Assembly (NCBI GenBank): GCA_049517555.1
Contig: JBEKRY010000001.1
Coordinates: 700 to 64,699 of the forward strand
Reading direction: 5' to 3'
From: Candidatus Sulfotelmatobacter sp.
GTDB lineage: Bacteria; Acidobacteriota; Terriglobia; Terriglobales; Acidobacteriaceae
DNA length: 64,000 nt
Positions 12,601-18,656 of this stretch are shown piece by piece (position 1 is the first letter of the stretch; each line of letters starts with the position of its first letter). The position numbers and the translations under genes were made by a program. The notes beneath the pieces are model-generated. The model was given only the letters and a program-made list of their open reading frames with translations, made no database searches and was not told where the DNA came from.

Positions 12601-12925
12601 CACGGTGATGACCATACAACTGGCGGCGGTCACGGCCAGCATTCCTGCCGGCGACATTCCTGCCAACCCCCGGGGAGTCCCGGTCACGCTGTTCAGCATG
12701 GCATTCCTTCTGTTTGGCGGCGTGCTGGGACGCAAACGCATGCGAAGAGGACTGGTGCTGGTCCTAGCGCTGGCGAGTCTGGGAGTGGGGACCTCGCTGC
12801 TCACCGGGTGCGGGGGCGGTTTCGCCAATACTCCCTCCACGCAGGCCAGAACTTACACGGTTACAGTCACGGGAACGAGCGGGTCGTTCCAAGCCTCGAC
12901 GACAGTGACACTGGTGGTGGAATGA
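6656..12925 (+). CDS. Giant (2089 aa) cell-surface mosaic protein. In order it has many NHL repeats, Ig-like domains, about 8 FG-GAP/VCBS repeats, 5 near-identical Ig-like (Big_3-type) repeats and a C-terminal two-helix/lipobox-like module.
   Basis: Long ORF. The NHL signature recurs (PxGVAVDxxGNLYIADxGNxRIVE) across roughly 6970-8880. The FG-GAP signature (GDFNGDGxLDLVVxNxxxxTVSVLLGNGDGTF) recurs across roughly 10080-11060. Repeated units of the form PNPAxAGQxVTLTATVAPAPTGTPxGTVSFYxG...AVYSGNAGFAGSTS span roughly 11200-12400. The start is uncertain: the ATG at 6656 has GAGG 8 nt upstream, while the internal ATG at 6848 gives a cleaner signal peptide (LCLLLLWPAQSWA). Confidence 0.85.
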   Translation: MFKATTAIASLLFVACVCAFFHLASAPLATTGVVSALLLTLVVTISGRGWRRDAQQKRLFLRSGMVKYVGFRGSFQLFQVLCLLLLWPAQSWAAFTILFNGVVSIVDTGSIVLSNPADVVVDTAGNVYLSDTSNSRIVKLAPDGTASVLAITGLAPALSSPAGLAVDVSGNLYIADAGNARVVKVDSLGNGTPVSTPSITLSSPQGVAVDASSNIFVSDTGNNRIVEVTAGGTASVLSITGLGTAFNTPLGLALDPAGDLFIADSVNSRIVEVAAGGTVGSVLNVSGVSLTTPAGVAADTLGNLYVADTTSTQIIIVNIAYGSASLINTGAVTLNQPQGVAVSASGLLYVADTADNRAISVATSSVAYGHSQLGTSTGKVLTLPFTVGIIATVGNVKVFTDGVENLDFTLQGTNTCTAGTTGDVPCSVDVQFLPTAPGLRRGAIVIYDNSNPEVPLITVPLYGSGDAPLAALSPGTAGVVSTGATALSAPFQVAFDGAGNMYVANYGSAAGNVVKVPAGGGTATVVSTPGFTLAGAIGVALDGAGNLYISDHYNSRILEVTAGGVVSALNIYGVSPALGITGAIAIDEAGNLYISDYGVGRIVKVTPSGAGSVLGTGSFTFPSDEVLGVAVDAAGTVYIPDPAGNGVVKVTAAGAASLVVAPGITPPLSSPQGVAVDAFGNLYIADAGNERIVEITTAGVASVVQMPGQSLVTDYGVTVDASGNVFIPDFGANHIVEVSVAGASLSFPNTNVGSTSPALTATVTNIGDLPLLFSTAPTYTANFSEDTGDGNLCAISTSLDPGLACDAAVEFTPQSGGNLSAGIVVTNNNLNVAGATETVAVSGTGIVVADTTAVAVSTSPTSANLGQPITITALVTDTATGHTATIPTGGVTFMDTVGSTSISLNGGAAVTLNGAGAAILTGVTLSGVGTHTITASYAGVTGTFAPSSNTTSIVISALASAVTLNVAPGSSVVAGTAATLTATVTANGAPVTTGTVLFCNATAAQCVGEAVYGSAQLTLAGTAAIKLTLGAGVYSITAAFQATSSTLAGVSAPQPLTVTGAASYLSSTTIAETGVAGNYTLTGTVTAFGAVVPTGTVSFLDTTAGNGVVGTAALNPASLGFTFLPAAGSPVGAGQAPQDTVLGDFNHDGKLDLVVLNNGDQTISVLLGNGDGTFQPQVTYAVGHQSQGIAMGDFNGDGNLDLVVSNYIDDTVSVLLGNGNGTFAPQVTYATAHRPQGIAVADFNGDGHLDLAVVATFGADVSILLGQGDGTFVADSPATFAVGGDPVAIATADFNGDGNADLVVTNSGDGSVSVLLGHGDGTFQSQIVLTIPDEPDLTPIAVGDFNGDGIPDFAVGDAEYDDIYVFLGINGLTFQPPVAYTVGVAPFGIVAADFQGTGHLDLAVTNLGDSTVSLLLNQGDGSGTFQTQVTFPAGSTPLGIAAGDLNGDGLPDLAVANNTYSAPFTASILLAAQTETAVATGQAVYGTGTHNVLASYPGDADRAPSQSTTVPLAAIPQTTTATTFTAAPNPAFAGQPVTLTATVAPAPTGTPLGTVSFYNGSALLGTATVNSSGVATFVGSLPVGVLSVTAVYSGNAGFAGSTSTAQTVTVNLNPTATALAAAPNPASVGQSVTLTATVNPPPLFDLGRRGHAVPGPISLGTVSFYYGPTLLGSGDVNSSGVATSSTTTLPVGADGLTAVYSGDSNFAGSTSIAYTETITGAATSTTTVLTALPNPAIAGQSVTLAATVAPAPTGTPTGTVSFYDGTTLLGTMAVNSSGIADFIDTSLPVGALSITAVYSGNAGFSGSTSTVVTETVSPATTATATTTTLTASPNPLFDGQTVTFTATVTPAPTGTSAGIVSFYSGTTLLGTGTLNAAGVATLTLSSLAVGVDSITAVYPGNAGFAPSTSSTLSQTVNTAYTVSGPTTPVPVAPGGSVNINLTVPPLGGAFNSVVTLSASGLPPGATATFNPPTVTPGTAGAPTVMTIQLAAVTASIPAGDIPANPRGVPVTLFSMAFLLFGGVLGRKRMRRGLVLVLALASLGVGTSLLTGCGGGFANTPSTQARTYTVTVTGTSGSFQASTTVTLVVE

Positions 12926-13005
12926 GAGTGATCTTAACTCCGCCAACTCGGCGAACCGAAGTCAGCAAACGAGCAGCGAACAAGATAAGGACGAGGATAA
13001 ATTCA

Positions 13006-13605
13006 ATGAAGAAATTAACATCAGTCAAGACGGCCGCTTTCCTTCTGCTGGCTCTCGGATGCGCAACCATGGCTCCCCGTCCGGCAGCGGCACAGAGTGG
13101 CTCCCGGGTGGATATCGGTGTCGCCTATAACTATGTCCGGACGAACGCGCCGCCGGGTGACTGCGGATGCTTCACGATGAATGGCGGAAGCGGCTGGGTA
13201 GCATTTAACTTCAGCCACTCCTTCGGCATCGTCGGCGAAATTGCCAGCCAGCATGCTTCGAACATCGCCAGCAGCGGTGCGGACCTGACGCTTACGTCGT
13301 ATCTGGCGGGTCCGCGCTACACGTGGGGGCACGCCCACCATTTCGCGCCCTTCACTCAGGTACTGCTCGGCGGAGCCCATGCCAGTGGAAGTCTGGCTCC
13401 GGGCAGTTCCGGGCTGCCAGGATCAGCCAACTCTTTTGGCATGATCGCGGGCGGCGGATTGGATATCGGGCTCACCCGGCACATCGCGGTGCGAGCGTTT
13501 GAGGCAGACTATTATCTGACGCGCTTCAATAACGGCGTGAACGATCATCAGAACAATCTTCGCCTCGCCGTCGGCCTGATCATCCGGTTTGGCGGAGGCC
13601 ACTAG
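13006..13605 (+). CDS. Small outer-membrane beta-barrel protein (OmpA-N/OmpW-like, 8-strand type)
   Basis: The ORF-track frame is 12808..13605. I place the start at the ATG at 13006, preceded by AAGGACGAGGA. This gives the signal peptide MKKLTSVKTAAFLLLALGCATMAPRPAAAQ. Alternating hydrophobic beta-strand patterns follow (DIGVAYNYV, GWVAFNFSHSFGIVGE, LRLAVGLIIRF). Confidence 0.7.
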   Translation: MKKLTSVKTAAFLLLALGCATMAPRPAAAQSGSRVDIGVAYNYVRTNAPPGDCGCFTMNGGSGWVAFNFSHSFGIVGEIASQHASNIASSGADLTLTSYLAGPRYTWGHAHHFAPFTQVLLGGAHASGSLAPGSSGLPGSANSFGMIAGGGLDIGLTRHIAVRAFEADYYLTRFNNGVNDHQNNLRLAVGLIIRFGGGH

Positions 13606-13808
13606 CCGGAAGATGGGCGAGTGAAAACTATCTTTTGGCGTCCGTCGCTGCTTTCCGCCTCCGCAATCGGTGTGTACCCGTGGAAAGGAAAACCATGGAA
13701 AAGTTTGGCGGAGAAACAACCTGACATGGGACTTTTAATTTCGCACAAATGACGTTCCGCATCGAGCCTGCGGAGCCAGGTCTCCCCCTTGAACATCTTA
13801 AGACAAAT

Positions 13809-15161
13809 TCAAACCGGCACTCGGGGCGCGGGCGTCAGCCGTTTGCAGAATTGATAGAGGATCCACACGCTCACCCGGAATGCGCCCAGTAACAGCCCGA
13901 GAAGAAACGTAGCCACGACTCCTCGCGGTTTCGTGCGCGCGTACACAACGTTCATACTCCATGCCGGGCTGGTATATACCGTCCCCGCACTGGTTGCGCC
14001 GATGCGATTCCTGACTGGCGGCTCGTAGACGATCTTTTCGATTCCACCGTTAAAAAACTTTGCCATTTGCAAAATGCGTCTGCTGTACGACGCCCTCGCA
14101 CTGAGCGGCAACGTGCCTCGGCTGCGGTACTTCAGAATCAGGCTGGAGGCTTCCGCGGCGTGGCGCAGGGCCGCGGTGACTCCGTTGGCGGTGATGGGAT
14201 CGACCATGGCTGCAGCTTCGCCGGCAATGAGCCAGTTCGGGCCAGCTACTCCGACTTGTGCTCGGGAGCGAAAGGACGTCACGTTGGTGGGATTGAGAAC
14301 TCCCTCCCGCAGTAGCGGCTCAAACCGTGGAAACTTCATCAGTTGCTGACTGAAAATGTCTTCCATAGAAGATCCGCTTTCGCGCTTCGCTTTTATCGCT
14401 GCGCCAGTGGCGATATATCCGACGCTGATCATGTTCGGGCTGACAGGGATCTCCCAAATCCACTCGAGATATTCCGATGGCATGGGATCCATGTACAGAG
14501 TCGTCCCTTCCGGGGACTCAGAGACCGGGAAATAGTTCCACATCGCCACCTTCGTGGGGCCACTGTAAATGGCGGGAAGATTAAATTCCCGGGCCAGCAG
14601 ACACGTGGCAAAACCGGACGCGTCGATAAACCAGGGCGAAGAGAGGCGCGCACCTCCAGCCGTCCGAACTGAAGAGATATTCCTTCCATCTCTTCCATTT
14701 CTTTCGATCCCAACCACTTTGTCTCGCACCAGAGTGACGCCGCTGGCGATCGTCCTGTTGAGAAGTTCACGGTCCAGGCGAAGGCGATCCACATGCAAAG
14801 TCCGCAATTCGATATGGAAGGGCTTTCCAGCCAGCCAGGCGGAGGGAACATACTGCTCGGAGGTGCCGTCGCGCAATTTCACCGTGACATGACGTTTCCA
14901 GGTCGCCATCTGTGCGCTGATCAGGTCGTCCATGGGCAGCCCCAACGCGCTTAATAGGTCCGGAGCCGACCAATCCAATGACTCCCCAACCGGCTGGCGA
15001 ATCGCCTCTGCGGGCTCAATGCAGATGACATTGAGCCCTGCTCTCGCGAGCTGCAAAGAGGCCGCCTTCCCAGCCAAGCCGCCCCCGATCACGGTTACAT
15101 CACAATGAATCTCCAGCTTTTGGCCGGGCGCAGGTTCGGTGCTGGGCGGCAGATTGTCCAT
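13809..15161 (-). CDS. FAD-dependent oxidoreductase of the flavin-dependent halogenase-like family, with a C-terminal hydrophobic helix
   Basis: 450-aa ORF. It has the GxGxxG motif (VTVIGGGLAGKAA), PVGESL, and a WxWxIP-type motif EWIWEIPV encoded at 14445-14462. The C-terminus carries VVATFLLGLLLGAFRVSVWILYQF. Confidence 0.65.
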   Translation of the reverse strand: MDNLPPSTEPAPGQKLEIHCDVTVIGGGLAGKAASLQLARAGLNVICIEPAEAIRQPVGESLDWSAPDLLSALGLPMDDLISAQMATWKRHVTVKLRDGTSEQYVPSAWLAGKPFHIELRTLHVDRLRLDRELLNRTIASGVTLVRDKVVGIERNGRDGRNISSVRTAGGARLSSPWFIDASGFATCLLAREFNLPAIYSGPTKVAMWNYFPVSESPEGTTLYMDPMPSEYLEWIWEIPVSPNMISVGYIATGAAIKAKRESGSSMEDIFSQQLMKFPRFEPLLREGVLNPTNVTSFRSRAQVGVAGPNWLIAGEAAAMVDPITANGVTAALRHAAEASSLILKYRSRGTLPLSARASYSRRILQMAKFFNGGIEKIVYEPPVRNRIGATSAGTVYTSPAWSMNVVYARTKPRGVVATFLLGLLLGAFRVSVWILYQFCKRLTPAPRVPV

Positions 15162-15463
15162 GCTTCAAGTCATTTTGTCGATTGCGCCTTAATCCCCACG
15201 ATTAAAGGCGTTTGCGATGTCTTGGCAAAGAAACCTGCGCCCGCGTTTCGACATCGCGGGAAAGTATCATCGGCGGTCCAGGTGTCTCAATAATCGAAAT
15301 CCACTAGAACCAAGATTCCAGACATTCGTATGCCGCATTGCTCGACTACGGAGAGACGCCGGTTGGTCCCGTTGGCTAATATATTTCGATTATTGACCCA
15401 CCCTGGCTGAGATGTGATCGTGGTGACATTTTGGGTGAGTCAGGGGTTATGGGGAGGGTGGTA

Positions 15464-16063
15464 ATGGCAGTCTCGAATCCTGCGGTTCCCAACATTCATA
15501 GCGCACCAAGACCAAATGCCGGCTTTTTCGAGAAGCTGAATACGCGTTGGCATGAGCGTGCACTACAGGTTTTCATGTTTATTGTGCTCGCGCATTGGGC
15601 CGAGCACCTTGTCCAGGCTTACCAGATTTACGTTATGGGATGGCCTCGTCCGAAGGCTCTGGGCTTGCTTGGTTTGTGGTATCCCTGGCTGATCCAGACA
15701 GAAACATTGCATTACGGCTATGCTTTGGTGATGCTCATTGGCCTGTGGATCTTCCGCAAAGGCTTTACCGGACGGTCACACACCTGGTGGATGGTGGCGT
15801 TCTGGATTCAGTTCTGGCATCACATTGAACACTTTCTGCTCATCTGGCAAGCCACGACTCACCACAATTTCTGGGGAAAGCCGGTACCCTGCAGCGTCCT
15901 GCAGCTGATCTTCCCGCGGGTCGAATTGCATCTTTTCTACAACTCGATCGTGTTCATCCCGATGGTCATCGCGATGTATTACCACATGTTCCCGTCCGAA
16001 GGGGAGGGGAATCCGGCTTGCACCTGCGAGTGGGGCCGGCATGAGTTGGCGCAAGCTGCCTGA
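15464..16063 (+). CDS. Integral membrane protein of unknown function with an internally duplicated H-x-x-E-H-x5-Q motif
   Basis: ORF-track frame is 15431..16063. The ATG at 15464 follows GGGAGGG by 5 nt. The protein has four to five hydrophobic helices. AHWAEHLVQAYQ and WHHIEHFLLIWQ lie at equivalent positions in the two halves. Confidence 0.6.
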   Translation: MAVSNPAVPNIHSAPRPNAGFFEKLNTRWHERALQVFMFIVLAHWAEHLVQAYQIYVMGWPRPKALGLLGLWYPWLIQTETLHYGYALVMLIGLWIFRKGFTGRSHTWWMVAFWIQFWHHIEHFLLIWQATTHHNFWGKPVPCSVLQLIFPRVELHLFYNSIVFIPMVIAMYYHMFPSEGEGNPACTCEWGRHELAQAA

Positions 16064-16520
16064 TCACAGAGTGCGTAACCGTCTTTCGCGGCAGAAACTC
16101 GCGAGACGCCTCGCAGGTTTCGTCTGCGCTGCAACTTTATTTACGGTCGGCTGTTCCAGGCCGGTCGAACTGCCGCCTTTTGTCGAGATTGAGCACGAAA
16201 TTTCGCCTCAGCCCGCAAGGGTTGGACCCGTTACGGTCACTCTCAAGTTGGCCGATGCCACCGGCAAAGCTCTCACGGGAGCGCACATTGCGGTTGAGGC
16301 TGACATGTCGCACCCTGGGATGAACCCGCTATTCGCTGAGGCGAAAGAAGCCGAGCCGGGCCGTTACCAGGCTCACTTAGAGTTTCAGATGGCGGGTGAT
16401 TGGGTTATCCTCATCCATGTCACGCTGCCCGACGGGAAGAAATTGGAACGACAGATTGACGTGAGGGGCGTCCAACCTGGCGTTCAATCCGGCGTTCAAC
16501 CTGGCGTTCAACATAACTAG
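16041..16520 (+). CDS. FixH/YtkA-like domain lipoprotein
   Basis: 159-aa ORF with a lipoprotein signal (RRLAGFVCAATLFTVGC). The domain pattern is VTVTLKLADATGKALTGAHIAVEADMSHPGM...GRYQAHLEFQMAGDWVILIHV, typical of YtkA/FixH-like domains. It overlaps the upstream gene by 23 nt. Confidence 0.65.
   Translation: MSWRKLPDHRVRNRLSRQKLARRLAGFVCAATLFTVGCSRPVELPPFVEIEHEISPQPARVGPVTVTLKLADATGKALTGAHIAVEADMSHPGMNPLFAEAKEAEPGRYQAHLEFQMAGDWVILIHVTLPDGKKLERQIDVRGVQPGVQSGVQPGVQHN
16467..16514 (+). repeat. Four tandem 12-bp units (ggcgtYcaaYcY) encoding GVQP-GVQS-GVQP-GVQH at the C-terminus of the FixH-like lipoprotein
   Basis: Read directly: ggcgtccaacct ggcgttcaatcc ggcgttcaacct ggcgttcaacat. Confidence 0.9.
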
Positions 16521-16528
16521 GCAAGCTG

Positions 16529-17992
16529 TTGAATCCATCCTCCATTCCGGCCCTGGAAACTTCTGAATCGCTTCCGTTCGATCTGATGCGTGTACCTGGC
16601 TTGGGCCATTTGTTCCGCTGGCGTTATGCCCGCCCTCTGCTGCAGGCACCACTGCTCGTCCTCAGCCTGGTAATGATCCTGCACGGATTGTTCGGGCCAA
16701 CTCTCGCGCCAAAGAATCTAGCCACAACCCTGAGCTGGCTGCACTTTCGCGGTGTGCTGGTGCTGGTGCTATTGTGCGCGGGGAATTTTTTCTGTCTGGC
16801 CTGCCCTTTCATGCTGGTGCGTCAGGCGGCGCGACGATTCTTCACGCCTCGGTTTACTTGGCCGCGGGCCTTGCGCAATAAGTGGCTTTCGGTTGGTCTT
16901 TTTGCGTTGATCCTCTTCACTTACGAGCTGTTCGATCTGTGGTCATCGCCGTGGTGGACGGCCTGGCTGATCGTGGCCTACTTCCTCTCCGTGCTCGTGG
17001 TGGATGGGTTTTTCAAGCACGCTTCGTTCTGCAAGTTTGTTTGTCCCATCGGACAATTCAACTTTGTAGCTTCCACGCTTTCGCCGTTCGAAGTGAAGGT
17101 CCGAGAACAGGATGTTTGCACGCGCTGCCATACCAAGGATTGCATCCGCGGCAGGCGGGAACCGGTGTCGGATCTGGTAACGATTCGCGGCTGTGAACTG
17201 GCTCTGTTTTTGCCCAGCAAAGTCGGGAACATGGATTGCACGTTCTGCCTGGACTGCGTTCATGCCTGCCCACACGACAACATTGGCATCTTGAGCCGGC
17301 TGCCGGCGAGTGAATTGATGGTGGATCCAATACGATCAGGGATCGGGTACTTCTCGCGGCGGAAGGATCTGGCAGCGCTGGCAATCGTGTTCACGTTTGG
17401 AGCACTGCTGAATGCGTTTGGAATGGTCAGTCCGGTTTATGCTGTGGAGACTTGGCTCGGAACAATGTTGCATGTAAGTCACGAAGCCCCTGTGCTGGGA
17501 CTGATCTTCACATTCTTTTTGATCGTGGAGCCGGTTCTGCTGCTGGGCCTGGCTGCTTGGTTGACCCGCATATGGGCCCACAGTCCACGCGCCCTGTTGC
17601 CACTGGCGGTGCGATACACGTATGGCTTGGTTCCTCTGGGCTTCGGAATGTGGTTGGCGCACTATTGCTTTCACTTTTTAACCGGGCTCTACACGCTGAT
17701 CCCCGTCACGCAAAACGCGATCGCGAGTCTGGGCCGGCCCTTTCTGGGAGAGCCGCGTTGGACTTTGACGGGACTGCCAGCAAACGTCGTGCAAGTCGTT
17801 GAGATTGGATTCCTGGTGCTTGGATTTGCCGGCTCTCTGGTGGTGACCTATGGTCTGGCGGAAGATGACTCGCCGAATCACCCGCTGCGGGCGTTTCTTC
17901 CCTGGGCGGCGGTTTGCTTGGTTCTTTGGTGTGCATCGCTGTGGTTGATGTTTCAGCCCATGGAAATGCGCGCCATGTTGATGAGCGGATAG
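16529..17992 (+). CDS. Polytopic membrane 4Fe-4S ferredoxin-type protein (FixG/CcoG / NapH-MauN-like)
   Basis: 487-aa ORF with a TTG start per the track; the start is uncertain. Cys motifs are CLACP, CKFVCPIGQF, CTRCHTKDC and CTFCLDCVHACP (CxxCxxCxxxCP). There are multiple hydrophobic helices on both sides of the Cys-rich loop. Confidence 0.7.
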   Translation: MNPSSIPALETSESLPFDLMRVPGLGHLFRWRYARPLLQAPLLVLSLVMILHGLFGPTLAPKNLATTLSWLHFRGVLVLVLLCAGNFFCLACPFMLVRQAARRFFTPRFTWPRALRNKWLSVGLFALILFTYELFDLWSSPWWTAWLIVAYFLSVLVVDGFFKHASFCKFVCPIGQFNFVASTLSPFEVKVREQDVCTRCHTKDCIRGRREPVSDLVTIRGCELALFLPSKVGNMDCTFCLDCVHACPHDNIGILSRLPASELMVDPIRSGIGYFSRRKDLAALAIVFTFGALLNAFGMVSPVYAVETWLGTMLHVSHEAPVLGLIFTFFLIVEPVLLLGLAAWLTRIWAHSPRALLPLAVRYTYGLVPLGFGMWLAHYCFHFLTGLYTLIPVTQNAIASLGRPFLGEPRWTLTGLPANVVQVVEIGFLVLGFAGSLVVTYGLAEDDSPNHPLRAFLPWAAVCLVLWCASLWLMFQPMEMRAMLMSG

Positions 17993-18006
17993 CCGCAATT
18001 GGTTGA

Positions 18007-18615
18007 ATGACGATGCTGAATCGCCGTACACGTGCGGGAAAAGTTTCGGTTGGGCTTCTGGTTGCGCTCTTGCTGGTGTCGCATACGCCAGCCCGCGCGC
18101 ACAACGGGCCGCCGTTTCCTATTATTGAGAACAAGAAAGTTGGGCCTTGTATAGTTGCTCTTTGGACTCATCCTGACGTTGGCACCGGAGCCTTTTATGT
18201 GTTCGTGGAGCCGGAGCCGGGTGCAACGCTACCGGACGATCTGAAGATCAAGATAGGCGTTCAGCCCGTTACCGGTCGGCTGCCTGAAACATTTTATGAG
18301 GCCGAGCACGTGAAGTCGCGTGGACCGGTGCAATACAACGCTCAGGCCCAGTTCGACCGGCAGGAGTTGTGGCGTGTGCGTCTTGTGATTCGGAGTGCGC
18401 AAGGCAATGGCGAGGCGACCGCCGACGTTGAAGTAACGCCGCCCGGGTTCGGGCGGTGGGACCTTTTGTTGTATCTTTTGCCATTTCTGTTTGTGGCGTT
18501 CCTGTGGGTTCTTGGTATATCGCGCATGAAGCGCCGCAAGAACGCGCGATTGCGCGACGGAGCCGAAGCGGCAATCGCCGCGCAGACAGCCGGCCCCGAG
18601 AAAAGTTCCAATTGA
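18007..18615 (+). CDS. Secreted, C-terminally membrane-anchored protein of unknown function; the predicted mature N-terminus is His
   Basis: 202-aa ORF. The signal peptide ends ...LLVSHTPARA followed by HNGPPFPI. The C-terminal helix is WDLLLYLLPFLFVAFLWVLGI, followed by a basic tail (SRMKRRKNARLR). Confidence 0.6.
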   Translation: MTMLNRRTRAGKVSVGLLVALLLVSHTPARAHNGPPFPIIENKKVGPCIVALWTHPDVGTGAFYVFVEPEPGATLPDDLKIKIGVQPVTGRLPETFYEAEHVKSRGPVQYNAQAQFDRQELWRVRLVIRSAQGNGEATADVEVTPPGFGRWDLLLYLLPFLFVAFLWVLGISRMKRRKNARLRDGAEAAIAAQTAGPEKSSN

Positions 18616-18656
18616 CGCTGCGATTCTCTAAATGTTCTCGTGGAGGCTGGTTTCTG

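Noticed and set aside
12656-12760. PEP-CTERM-type sorting signal at the end of the giant protein (hydrophobic helix followed by an Arg/Lys cluster).
   Set aside because: There is no PEP tripeptide, and the segment is not C-terminal; about 60 more residues follow, including a lipobox-like LTGC. It is reported instead as an unexplained module.
18456-18656. N-terminal extensions in the ORF track that overlap the preceding gene. Affected ORF starts are 18456, 24501, 43624, 57991, 12808, 27532, 30304, 45847, 39312..40763 and 37435..38313.
   Set aside because: The extensions run through upstream coding sequence in another frame. In-frame downstream starts with SD-like sequences give proper signal peptides, lipoboxes or family-typical N-termini, so I used those starts.
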